From positions 1,064,499 through 1,096,498 of the forward strand of contig JAWAHN010000001.1 of assembly GCA_038889235.1 (NCBI GenBank): 32,000 nt of DNA. The letters run 5' to 3'. Below the pieces are notes generated by a model. That model made no database searches. It was not told the origin of the DNA and saw only the letters and a list, made by a program, of their open reading frames with translations. Source of the DNA: Candidatus Jordarchaeales archaeon. Lineage in GTDB: Archaea; Asgardarchaeota; Jordiarchaeia; Jordiarchaeales; Freyrarchaeaceae. Within the stretch, counting starts at the first letter, position 1; each line of letters begins with the position of its first letter. The position numbers were made by a program, and so were the translations under genes. Shown piece by piece: positions 18,701-26,201 of this stretch.

Positions 18701-19241
18701 TAGCCCGGACGAGCAAGCGAAGAAGCTTGACATAGTTGCGCACAGGTTGGGAACACCGAGACAATACTACGGTTTCGGCTTCACGCACCCTACAACTAAC
18801 ATAACCGAGGGACCTGAAACAACTTCTTACAAGAAGTTGAACAAGATGAGCGAAAAAATTGAAGCTCAGCTTTCCCTTGCATCCAGAATAAGAGCGGTAA
18901 CAGAACACGACGTGGCAGAGAAAATACTGCAAAAACATTTGCTAAGAGACATAGTTGGAAACCTCAAAGCATTTTCCACACAAAGTGTAAGATGCATAAA
19001 CTGTAACGAAAAGTATAGGAGGCCGCCCCTGAAAGGGGTGTGCCTGATGTGTGGTGGAAAACTTGTTCTCACCGTTCACCAAGCAACCATAGAGAAATAC
19101 CTTCCATACGCAGTTGACCTAATCAAACGCTATAACCTCAGACCTTACATAGCCCAAAGAGTAAAACTTGTGCAAGACACCATAAGTCTCCTTTTCCGGA
19201 AGAGCGGAAAGCAAAAACAATTAACCCTCATAGACATTTAA
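15786..19241 (+). CDS. polC: DNA polymerase D large subunit DP2
   Basis: DIAARVE, YYAGPIRSAGGT, RLRYGRSRNTG, RMGRPEKA, HAAKRRNCDGDEDA, GGMMDIPL, C-terminal zinc finger CINC...CLMC; no intein. Confidence 0.98.
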   Translation: MGDGGEWLNNYFSSLETAFNMLYEIASRAKAKGLDPSLEPEVKPAKDIAARVEGMTGLEGIGDKIRELLEEASREEVAFKIAEEVVYGSFCQFVSEEEAADKALRAALAILTESVTAAPIEGIAGVKIKSNPDGTSYLAVYYAGPIRSAGGTEQAVSVLIADFIRRLLRLDRYKPSEEEVERYVEEIDLYERYVAHLQYPSTPQEVRFAVRNIPIEITGEPTDPFEVSGHRNLARVETNQLRGGALLVLNDGILGKAKKLKKFVERLGLTGWEWLSELEKLKEGEDKAKEEKKEEKGVAPNEKYLSDVVAGRPILAMPSTAGAFRLRYGRSRNTGLAAVGIHPATMILLDGFLAPGTHIRTERPGKGAVVMPVDSIEGPVVRLRDGSVVRVETVQEAIELVNANKVEKILFLGDILVGFGEFLENNHVLLPSGICEEWWVQEVRLKVDQLGGLENASRILELSEERLNSLLEKPFEVKPTAQEAVNISKKLKVPLHPKYTYNWQDVNIQSILELKEFVERFKMGSIVRAPLSQRIKQLLETLGVPHKVEGGELVLGEEETFILSTCLAAGRVIGHNSLLLYSSNTPNDFLSVLAGFPIKPKSTVYVGARMGRPEKADVRTLSPPVHVLFPVGLQGGRERDIVKAAASGTVKVEIARRRCPECGDYTFNVYCRNCNCRTVQIMSCPKCGFPTSNSKCPSCGTEAKPYSKTTIDLKRELEAAMKNLGMSSPPKSLKGVIGLSSATKLPEPLEKGLLRAKYGLYVYKDGTVRFDATDAPLTHFTPREVSVPVEKLKQLGYTHDYKGAPLTRDDQILELKPQDIVIPFNCASYFVKVAKFIDELLTKFYGLQPYYNVEKEEDLVGHLVIGLAPHTSAGILGRIIGFTRASVCFAHPYWHAAKRRNCDGDEDAIMLALDVLLNFSKAYIPDKRGGMMDIPLIVTVFLNPSEVDSEAHNLDTGFIYPLEFYHATYSFPSPDEQAKKLDIVAHRLGTPRQYYGFGFTHPTTNITEGPETTSYKKLNKMSEKIEAQLSLASRIRAVTEHDVAEKILQKHLLRDIVGNLKAFSTQSVRCINCNEKYRRPPLKGVCLMCGGKLVLTVHQATIEKYLPYAVDLIKRYNLRPYIAQRVKLVQDTISLLFRKSGKQKQLTLIDI

Positions 19242-19261
19242 CTTATATTTGGTGAAAAACG

Positions 19262-19570
19262 GTGCGGATAGCTAGGTGGAGAAAGATTCCGCACATCCCG
19301 CAAGCGGTTCTTAAATTGAAGAGAAACGTACAGCAAGGAGTGTCGACGAGAAGCAAGATAATACAAGCTCTTAAGGCGGGGCCTAAAACTGCTAGAGAAA
19401 TAGCAGACGAATTAGGCATGAATTACAGCACTGTTTTAAGACACCTTAAGTTAATGGAAAAGGAAAAAATAGTCTTTTGCGAGCGTGGGGTTGGTTTTCG
19501 CTGGAAGCTGACAGGGCTAGGGCAACAACCTCTCCAGCAACACCAAGACAGCAGCGAAAAAACATTGTAA
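19262..19570 (+). CDS. Winged helix-turn-helix (ArsR-like) protein
   Basis: RSKIIQALKAGPKTAREIADELGMNYSTVLRHLKLMEKEKIV, followed by a wing ending WKLTGLGQ. Confidence 0.75.
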   Translation: MRIARWRKIPHIPQAVLKLKRNVQQGVSTRSKIIQALKAGPKTAREIADELGMNYSTVLRHLKLMEKEKIVFCERGVGFRWKLTGLGQQPLQQHQDSSEKTL

Positions 19571-19582
19571 GTGGCTGTTGAA

Positions 19583-19689
19583 TGGTGGGCGGGCCAGGAT
19601 TCGAACCTGGGACCTCCGCCGTGTGAGGGCGGCTTCTCGCCCCTAAGTGAACCTTTCAGAGGGCGTCATAACCGCTAGACTACCCGCCC
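19583..19689 (-). tRNA. tRNA-Val(CAC) with a non-canonical intron and encoded CCA
   Basis: Mature GGGCGGG TA GTCT AGCGGTTA TGAC G CCGCC CTCACAC GGCGG AGGTC CCAGG TTCGAAT CCTGG CCCGCCC A CCA after removing 31 nt. Confidence 0.92.
19634..19664 (-). other. tRNA-Val intron, position 25/26 (up to 28/29 because of a GCC repeat), 31 nt
   Basis: GCCCTCTGAAAGGTTCACTTAGGGGCGAGAA; relaxed BHB (bulges AC|G and AA|G, central helix with one A-A mismatch) and a strong inner hairpin. Confidence 0.8.
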
Positions 19690-19952
19690 AGCTGTTGCAC
19701 AAGAGAGTAAAGGGGTGTGGCGTTTTTTAAGCATTACGTTACTTGTTGATCGGGAAACCATTCTGTATGTCCCAATTTCCTCTCTAGAAGCTTGAGCCCA
19801 TCTTGCCTTTAAGAGGCTAAGCTTTCTTTGAGAAAGATGCGGAATTTTTGCTTCCGAGTTTTCGGTAGGGGCTGAACGCGTAAAACTTAAGAAATCAGAA
19901 GGTTAGTTAGCTTACACGTTTCACCACCCCTTCTTTCAAAAGGGGGACAAGT

Positions 19953-21131
19953 TTGACGTCGGCCAAAAGCGCTAAGTCCATCGGATATTACGGAATACTG
20001 TTCTTCGGCCTCATGAGCCTACTAGCAGACATCGTCTACGAAGGTGGGCGGAGCATAATACCGGAGCTTTTAAGAACGCTAGGTGCCTCCGCAGTCGTTG
20101 TTGGAGCCATAACAGGTCTAGGGGAGCTCATAGGATATGTTTTCCGCCTCCCAAGCGGGCTTCTAGCGGATCGAAGTGGCAAGTACTGGCCTTTCCTCGC
20201 CTTAGGATATGGCTGCATATTCTTCATACCTGCATTGTCTCTCACCGATAAATGGGAGCTGGTAGCACTTTTCATCCTCATGGAACGTTTTGGGAAGGCG
20301 GTGAGAACACCGTCAAGAGACGCCACTATATCGTTCATCGCTAGGGACATTGGCACCGGAAAAGCCTTTGGAATCCATGAAGTACTGGACCAGATAGGCG
20401 CGCTTATAGGACCAGTGCTCGTCTCGGTGGCTGTTGCATTATCGATGAACAACATCCGTTTATCACTTTCAACACTAGTGGTACCCGCCCTGGCGACAAT
20501 GCTAGTGATATGCGTTGCTTACTTCAAACTTCGCAACACTATAGGCCTCCGTCCCCGCTACGAGGCTGCCCCTCAATTGCTGAAAACACTGGACAAGCGT
20601 TTCTGGATGTACAACCTGATAGCCGCGCTTAGCGTAGTTGGCTTCCTTCACTACTCTCTCATAGCTTACCGCGCTGGTGGGGTCATCGAGCCTTGGCTCA
20701 TCCCCCTACTCTATGCGGCAGCTATGGGCGTTGACGCGTTGGCGGCTGGAGTTTTGGGGTTTGCATACGACCGCTTTAAGCTGAAGATTTTCTGGCTGAT
20801 AATACCTCTATCCGCTCTGCCAGCCGTTCTTTCTGTTAAAGGCAACGCCCTTCTCTTATCTCTTGCAATATTGATGTATGGTGTAGGAATAGGAGCTCAA
20901 GAATCGATCTACAGATCTGTAATAGCCGACCTGTCACCCTTGGAGGCACGCGCAACGGCGTACGGTGTTTTCAACATGATCTATGGTTTTGCATGGCTGG
21001 CGGGCGGCTTCATTATGGGTTTAATGTACGACTTAAGCGCCGCTGTTGGACCACTGCTCGTCGCCATCTTCAGCGTCACCTGCCAACTAACTGCTGCCCT
21101 CGCCTTTTTCTTCCTGCTTAAGAAGTCCTAA
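19953..21131 (+). CDS. MFS transporter
   Basis: About 12 TM segments, SGLLADRSG (motif A-like), ERFGKAVRTPSRDA, GKAFGIHEVLDQIGA, RATAYGVFN. Confidence 0.9.
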   Translation: MTSAKSAKSIGYYGILFFGLMSLLADIVYEGGRSIIPELLRTLGASAVVVGAITGLGELIGYVFRLPSGLLADRSGKYWPFLALGYGCIFFIPALSLTDKWELVALFILMERFGKAVRTPSRDATISFIARDIGTGKAFGIHEVLDQIGALIGPVLVSVAVALSMNNIRLSLSTLVVPALATMLVICVAYFKLRNTIGLRPRYEAAPQLLKTLDKRFWMYNLIAALSVVGFLHYSLIAYRAGGVIEPWLIPLLYAAAMGVDALAAGVLGFAYDRFKLKIFWLIIPLSALPAVLSVKGNALLLSLAILMYGVGIGAQESIYRSVIADLSPLEARATAYGVFNMIYGFAWLAGGFIMGLMYDLSAAVGPLLVAIFSVTCQLTAALAFFFLLKKS

Positions 21132-22183
21132 AATGCCTTCTGGTCGAGCTTTTCAGGGAGATACTTGTCCGTCACGTAGCTTAGCCCGTGTACGCTCAAA
21201 GCCTGTTGCTCCGTTTTCTTCCCTTCTTCCTCAAACTTCTTAAGTTGCTTCCTCCAGAAAGGCGACTGGTACCTTGGATCGGCCATAAGCTCACCCAGCC
21301 TCTTCCAGTCCTTTTCGTTAAACTTTTCGTACGGAAGCCTGTACTCTTCTATATCTGTTGGAAGAACTCCTATCCACTCAGCGTCCGGTATGACTATGTT
21401 GTCGACGTGGGCAGCGTTAGCTGAACCACTTATTATCACCATTGCTATGTGTGCCCCCCAAGGGTCGCCATCAGTAAACACGTAAACCGGTAAACCCAGT
21501 TCCCTTCTTATCCTATAGGCTAGGTGCCTCGCCAGCCTTGGTGCTTGCCCAGCTGTGTGAATCAGTAACGCCTTAAACTTCTTGTGGGCTTTCTCCTCTA
21601 TTAGTCGCGTGAACATTCCTCCACTTTCAACCATAATTACCTTTTCAGCCCCACAGTCGCAGAACTCAGCTTCGGCTAGCGCTGGACCTATAGCTACTCC
21701 ATCAGGGCTTGCCGTCAAGTTAAGCTTTGTTTTTTCGTATCCGGGAATGTTGTATCTTATTGTGAGGTCCCCGTATATTGTCGCCCTCTCTTCAGGAAAA
21801 ATTCTCAGTTGCTCCCTTGAAACTCCAAGGAGAGCTTCTAGGTCTGCCACTATGCTGTCCGACTCTTGCTGATCTCTAAACTTCAACCCGTAAGACTCAG
21901 CCATGTAGTACAAGTCTCTTAGCGTGGTACTCTTTCCCTCCTCTATGAGTCGCTTTGCAATCCAGGCGATCCAAAGGGTTTGCGTAAATACACGGAGGTG
22001 TTTCATATTCGACACAGTCCTCCTCGCTTTAGCTTCGCCGAGAACAAACTTTCTCTCCTTCTCATCGTAAACTATGTTTGAGGACGCCCTGCTAGGTATA
22101 TCTAAGAACGGCATCTCTCCACGTTCAAGCTGGGCACAGATACCCTCCCCTAGGGCTGCTAACTTAAGCAAGACGTTATTCAA
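21128..22183 (-). CDS. top6A: DNA topoisomerase VI subunit A
   Basis: TLRDLYY (catalytic Tyr), QQESDSIVADLE, VESGGMF, FTDGDPWG TOPRIM motif; TTG 22183 overlaps the top6B stop. Confidence 0.93.
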   Translation of the reverse strand: MNNVLLKLAALGEGICAQLERGEMPFLDIPSRASSNIVYDEKERKFVLGEAKARRTVSNMKHLRVFTQTLWIAWIAKRLIEEGKSTTLRDLYYMAESYGLKFRDQQESDSIVADLEALLGVSREQLRIFPEERATIYGDLTIRYNIPGYEKTKLNLTASPDGVAIGPALAEAEFCDCGAEKVIMVESGGMFTRLIEEKAHKKFKALLIHTAGQAPRLARHLAYRIRRELGLPVYVFTDGDPWGAHIAMVIISGSANAAHVDNIVIPDAEWIGVLPTDIEEYRLPYEKFNEKDWKRLGELMADPRYQSPFWRKQLKKFEEEGKKTEQQALSVHGLSYVTDKYLPEKLDQKAF

Positions 22184-23672
22184 ACCGTCCCCTCCCCGAG
22201 ATTTTTTCGATAATCGGGGTGATGTCCGGCTCCTTCTGTCTACCCGCGAGCTCAGCGGCAAATCTAGCAATCTTAGGGAGATACTTGTTGTACACGTTAA
22301 CCCTCTGGTTCATCTTTTCATGGCAAGCCCTCCCTGTCAGATATGCCTTCAACCGTCTACAGCACTCTTTTAAGGCCAACTCGATTTCCCTCTCAATTTC
22401 TGGAACATCGGCAATGCATTCTTTCCCCGCGGTCTTGAATGGAACCTTCGTCGAGCATACGTGAGTGAAGACCGCTAGGGGCTGCGCTCGGTCGAATAGA
22501 TAGTTACCCCAGTTAAATCTTTTAACAACGTCCATGGAAACGTCGCTGTGAGCGTCATAAAGGAGTGGTATCTTGTTCGCAAATCTGAAAAGGGCAACCT
22601 CCCCATCAATTCCCTTACACCCGTACGCCACGGCGACCTCCACTATAAACGGGTGTCCAGAGTACGCGGATGGCGGCCTCTGACACACTGCGACGAACTC
22701 AGGGTTGAAGACTTTCACGATAGCTTTCTTCAAGGATTCCTCGCCTATAGGCGAAAGACACCTGGCGTCTGGAGGGGGAAAATCGTATTTCTTCATAGCC
22801 TCCCATAGCTCTACTATGTCGCTGTTCGTGAGCGACGAAACAGGTTGATGTGGACTAAACCCAGCGAACTCTAGGAACTTTTTAGCAGTAGCCTGGCCGA
22901 CCCTCTGGAAGTTTGCAACCATGAACGCGAGGAGGTTTTTTCCCTCACTTTTCCTAAGAAGCCTTCTCAGCATTTCTATATCTACTCCGTGAGGGTGAGG
23001 TAGCACCTCTACAGGTGGGCTAGACATCTTGTCCTCGCTTCTCCCGAACACGTAGACGTTTCCCGTGGGGTCGGTGAACTCTATTTCAGCGTACGGAGAA
23101 GATATACTCGTCAGCTTGAAATACTCAAGAATCTTTTTCTCAGCCCTAGAGTAGTCACCCTCAAAGCACAACTCCACAACTGTCCCATGCCATCCTTCCT
23201 TGTTCGAGAAGCGCTTTCGCCCCTCCACTATAGGCGTATTTCTTTCAATATCTATCCTGAGCTTCACTTCGAATATGTCTCCCCCGTCACTCACGAGTAT
23301 CTTTGCAGGCTCACCCGTTGTGACTTGGCTGTAAAGTAGCGCCATGGAAATTCCTAAGCCAAAAACCCCCCTACTTTGCTTAATCCCAAACTTAGAACCA
23401 TAAAGAAACTTTCCAAAAGCGTATGAGACTTCTTCTGGTGGGACCCCCAATCCGTTGTCTTCAACCCTCAAATGGTATGCTTTCCCCTCAAAGTTGCTAA
23501 TAGCAACCTTAATGTTTGGAAGAATTCCAGCCTCCTCGCATGCATCCAAACTGTTCTCCACAGCTTCACGAACGATCATGTAAGTTGCACGTGAGGGGTT
23601 AGAGAAGCCTGCAAGCTCCCTGTGTTTATAGAAAAAGTCTGAGACACTGATTTCCCCAAACACCGGTTTCAT
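22176..23672 (-). CDS. top6B: DNA topoisomerase VI subunit B
   Basis: GHKL boxes EAVENSLDA, DNGLGV, GSKF..SRGVFGLG, GTVVEL; H2TH region; RFANKIPLLY switch lysine; STKVPFKTAGKE. Confidence 0.95.
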   Translation of the reverse strand: MKPVFGEISVSDFFYKHRELAGFSNPSRATYMIVREAVENSLDACEEAGILPNIKVAISNFEGKAYHLRVEDNGLGVPPEEVSYAFGKFLYGSKFGIKQSRGVFGLGISMALLYSQVTTGEPAKILVSDGGDIFEVKLRIDIERNTPIVEGRKRFSNKEGWHGTVVELCFEGDYSRAEKKILEYFKLTSISSPYAEIEFTDPTGNVYVFGRSEDKMSSPPVEVLPHPHGVDIEMLRRLLRKSEGKNLLAFMVANFQRVGQATAKKFLEFAGFSPHQPVSSLTNSDIVELWEAMKKYDFPPPDARCLSPIGEESLKKAIVKVFNPEFVAVCQRPPSAYSGHPFIVEVAVAYGCKGIDGEVALFRFANKIPLLYDAHSDVSMDVVKRFNWGNYLFDRAQPLAVFTHVCSTKVPFKTAGKECIADVPEIEREIELALKECCRRLKAYLTGRACHEKMNQRVNVYNKYLPKIARFAAELAGRQKEPDITPIIEKISGRGRFE

Positions 23673-23775
23673 GTTTTAATCTTCGCTGTAAAGGCTTTTC
23701 TACGATGGTAATACAAACATAAATACCAAAGTAATACGCCGCACCGCTGGGGTATTAGAGCAACCGAGCTCCGTA

Positions 23776-23792
23776 AGAAAACGTTTTAATAG
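23776..23792 (+). promoter_or_regulatory. BRE/TATA promoter of tRNA-Ala
   Basis: AGAAAACG-TTTTAATA about 30 nt upstream of the tRNA. Confidence 0.55.
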
Positions 23793-23822
23793 GGGCGTTT
23801 TCTCGAGTGTTTAGTAGGAAGT

Positions 23823-23915
23823 GGGCCCCTAGCTCAGCCTGGTAGAGCTTAGAGCGCTAAAAGCACCCGGTTTGCACCCGGGAGGCCGCGGGTTCAAATC
23901 CCGCGGGGTCCACCA
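23823..23915 (+). tRNA. tRNA-Ala(UGC) with a D-arm intron and encoded CCA
   Basis: Mature GGGCCCC TA GCTC AGCCTGGTA GAGC A CCCGG TTTGCAC CCGGG AGGCC GCGGG TTCAAAT CCCGC GGGGTCC A CCA; G3.U70 Ala determinant present. Confidence 0.93.
23846..23861 (+). other. tRNA-Ala intron, position 22/23, 16 nt
   Basis: AGCTTAGAGCGCTAAA; BHB with central helix TGGT/GCTA, bulges AG|A and AA|A, inner helix GCT/AGC. Confidence 0.82.
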
Positions 23916-24760
23916 CCTTCTTTTACACCAATAAACCTCCATAACGGGGTAAACCATTTTAGGAAGAAGTGTTTTGCGTAAACTTCCACCAGTCCTGGAA
24001 AGTACTTAGCTAGGATCCTTCTCACCTTGGAGGAAAGTTTTCTGCCCTGCGGCTCGTAGAACGCTTTAAGCTTCATGCTTAACTCAACGGAGTAGAGTTT
24101 TATTCCAAGCTTCCTGAAGCGCTCCACGAGCCCGGTGAACGTCGGCTGGTAGGGGACGTTGTCGTGCACCGCTCTTCTAGCCGCTCTAACGTACGCGTCA
24201 GCCAGCTTCTTTGGCATGAGTGATTGAAGGGGGAGGCCGTAGTGTCCGTCTCTGGCGACAATTAAGGGTGCAATCCTATTAGGGCAAGTTACGTAAAGGA
24301 TCCCGCCGCGTTTAAGGGTTCTACTTATTTCTTCAGAGCATTTCCCAGCCTCCTTCACGTGTTCTATCACGTCATTGCATATTACTAGGTCGAACACTTC
24401 GTCTCTAAAGGGCATACTAGTCCCACTTGCCAGTATGGTGTCCACCTCTACACCGTTATCCTTCGCCCAGGAACGCGCAATTCTGGGATAGTGTTTCTCC
24501 ACGTCTAAGCCGACCACCCTAGCGCCCTTAAGGGAGAACGCTATCGAAATACCTCCTGAGCCGAGGCCCAAATCGAGTGCCAGCCTACCCTTAACGCGAA
24601 TGCCTGCATAGCTAAGCAGCCCTATTATCTCGTTCCCCCTCTCCACTCCCCTGAAAGTATATTCGGTGTACGGCCGGTAGAGGAAGTGCTCCTTAGGGAG
24701 GAAGGGCGTCACAAATTCTTCCCATAATTTCATGGTTTCCTCGCTAACTTTGATCTTCAT
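23894..24760 (-). CDS. Class I SAM-dependent methyltransferase
   Basis: LDLGLGSGG motif I, VVGLDV, PFRDEVFDLVICNDVIEHV, LKRGGILYVTCPN. Its stop lies inside the tRNA-Ala T-loop on the opposite strand. Confidence 0.85.
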   Translation of the reverse strand: MKIKVSEETMKLWEEFVTPFLPKEHFLYRPYTEYTFRGVERGNEIIGLLSYAGIRVKGRLALDLGLGSGGISIAFSLKGARVVGLDVEKHYPRIARSWAKDNGVEVDTILASGTSMPFRDEVFDLVICNDVIEHVKEAGKCSEEISRTLKRGGILYVTCPNRIAPLIVARDGHYGLPLQSLMPKKLADAYVRAARRAVHDNVPYQPTFTGLVERFRKLGIKLYSVELSMKLKAFYEPQGRKLSSKVRRILAKYFPGLVEVYAKHFFLKWFTPLWRFIGVKEGGGPRGI

Positions 24761-24812
24761 AGCGACCCCCTTTAAGAAGCGTGCTCCTTCAACAATAAAA
24801 AATCTCCGTCCA

Positions 24813-25847
24813 CTAAGCGCTACCTCGAGTGCTACCGCGTGCAACTGGATTCCTGAGCGCCATCCACAGCTCCTCTATAATCTCTTCTCCGACATCAACG
24901 CTTCCCCCCTCCCTGATAATCACCCTACCCCTCTCGGTAACTTCCCCTATTACACTCCATCGGACACCCAGCCCATCGAGCACCTTAGCCGCCTTCTCAA
25001 CATCCTCCCTTGCAACCGTTGCCAATAAGACCCCGCTTGAGATAAGCCTGAGAGGGTTAACCGAAAGCACCTCACATATCCTTCTTGTCTCGTCAGCAAC
25101 AGGGATCTTCCTTTCGTCAACCCGGAACCCTGATCTCGAAGCAATTGAAAGCTCGATTAAGCCTCCTATAACTCCCCCTTCTGTCGGGTCATGCATGGCT
25201 GTCACATTACACCCCTTGCAGAGGGCGAGGGCCTCACGTACCACGCTCAATTCCTTTGAAAACACCTTAGCCCTCTCAAGTAAATCCACACCCAGAACCT
25301 CGCGTAGCTCATCATACCTTTCCCGCGCAAGGATGGAAGCCCCCTCAAGCCCTGCATGCTTGGTAACGATGATCACGTCACCAGGCTTAGCGCCACCCGT
25401 AGTCACAACTTTACCCCTTTCAGCCTCACCAACCATCGTACCGCAGACTATCGGTTGCTCCAGGTAAGGGGTAACCTCAGTGTGTCCGCCAACTATAGAG
25501 ACCCCAAGTTCCCTAGCCGCAACATCAGCCCCTTGCATAATCTCCTCAAGCAGCTCCTCATCAGCCCCCCTTGGGAGAAGTACGGTTAAAGTTAGAAAGA
25601 GCGGCGTAGCCCCCCTGACGGCGATGTCGTTAGCGTTAACATGAACAGCGTACCATCCGACATCCATACTGGCCCCCGTTATAGGGTCAGAAGATATAAC
25701 CATAACTCTGTCGCCCGCATCAATAACGGCCGCATCCTCTCCAACAGCGGGTCCAAGAACCACACGCTTGCTCTCAGCTCCACGATACCTGAAAACAACT
25801 CTCTCCAAGACATCAATTGGAACCTTACCGATGGGAAGAACATTCAA
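24813..25847 (-). CDS. AIR synthase-related protein (PurM/HypE/ThiL superfamily)
   Basis: GPAVGEDAAV, SSDPITG, VNANDIAVRGA, IVGGHTE, AKPGDVIIVTK, AMHDPTEGG, PLRLISSG. Confidence 0.85.
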   Translation of the reverse strand: MNVLPIGKVPIDVLERVVFRYRGAESKRVVLGPAVGEDAAVIDAGDRVMVISSDPITGASMDVGWYAVHVNANDIAVRGATPLFLTLTVLLPRGADEELLEEIMQGADVAARELGVSIVGGHTEVTPYLEQPIVCGTMVGEAERGKVVTTGGAKPGDVIIVTKHAGLEGASILARERYDELREVLGVDLLERAKVFSKELSVVREALALCKGCNVTAMHDPTEGGVIGGLIELSIASRSGFRVDERKIPVADETRRICEVLSVNPLRLISSGVLLATVAREDVEKAAKVLDGLGVRWSVIGEVTERGRVIIREGGSVDVGEEIIEELWMALRNPVARGSTRGSA

Positions 25848-25940
25848 CCCTAAAACCCTCCGGCTGCAAAAATAGTCTCGTATCGAAAGCTTTTAAAACT
25901 AAACATATAAACTTAAATACTGAGCGACCGTGGTCTAGCC

Positions 25941-25956
25941 AACTCTGGCTCTAGAA
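25941..25956 (+). other. tRNA-Gly intron 1, D-loop position about 17/17a, 16 nt
   Basis: AACTCTGGCTCTAGAA; perfect central helix CTAG/CTAG, bulges CC|A and AA|T. Confidence 0.85.
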
Positions 25957-25994
25957 TGGTCTAGGACCCAGGCCCCCCAAGCCTGTGACCCGGG

Positions 25995-26014
25995 AGGCAC
26001 ATGAAGCCCGGGAA
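25995..26014 (+). other. tRNA-Gly intron 2, position 53/54, 20 nt
   Basis: AGGCACATGAAGCCCGGGAA; strict BHB with outer TGA/TCA, central CCCG/CGGG, inner GGC/GCC, bulges GG|A and AA|T. Confidence 0.92.
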
Positions 26015-26201
26015 TTCAAATCCCGGCGGTCGCACCACAAATTTTTCCCAACAATTTTTTCTCCACTGAATCCCTGTTTTTGCCATTTAGAGAAATCCTT
26101 ATATTGTTAGATGTCTTTTAGTTCTCGGCACAAGTGTTTTCTTGAAAATTGAAGTGTAGTTAAGTAAACTTCACTGATAATTTGGTGTGATGGTGATTTG
26201 A

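Larger units (their letters stand above)
25924..26037 (+). tRNA. tRNA-Gly(CCC) with two non-canonical introns and encoded CCA
   Basis: Mature GCGACCG TG GTCT AGCCTGGTCTA GGAC C CAGGC CCCCCAA GCCTG TGAC CCGGG TTCAAAT CCCGG CGGTCGC A CCA. Confidence 0.9.

Noticed and set aside
19574-19697. GCTGTTG direct repeat on both sides of tRNA-Val, a possible target-site duplication
   Set aside because: Only 7 bp, not symmetrically abutting the gene, and no mobile-element gene nearby.
21128-23672. Top6A as a possible Spo11-like or degenerate second copy
   Set aside because: It is coupled to an intact top6B and all catalytic motifs are present; it reads as an ordinary topoisomerase VI.
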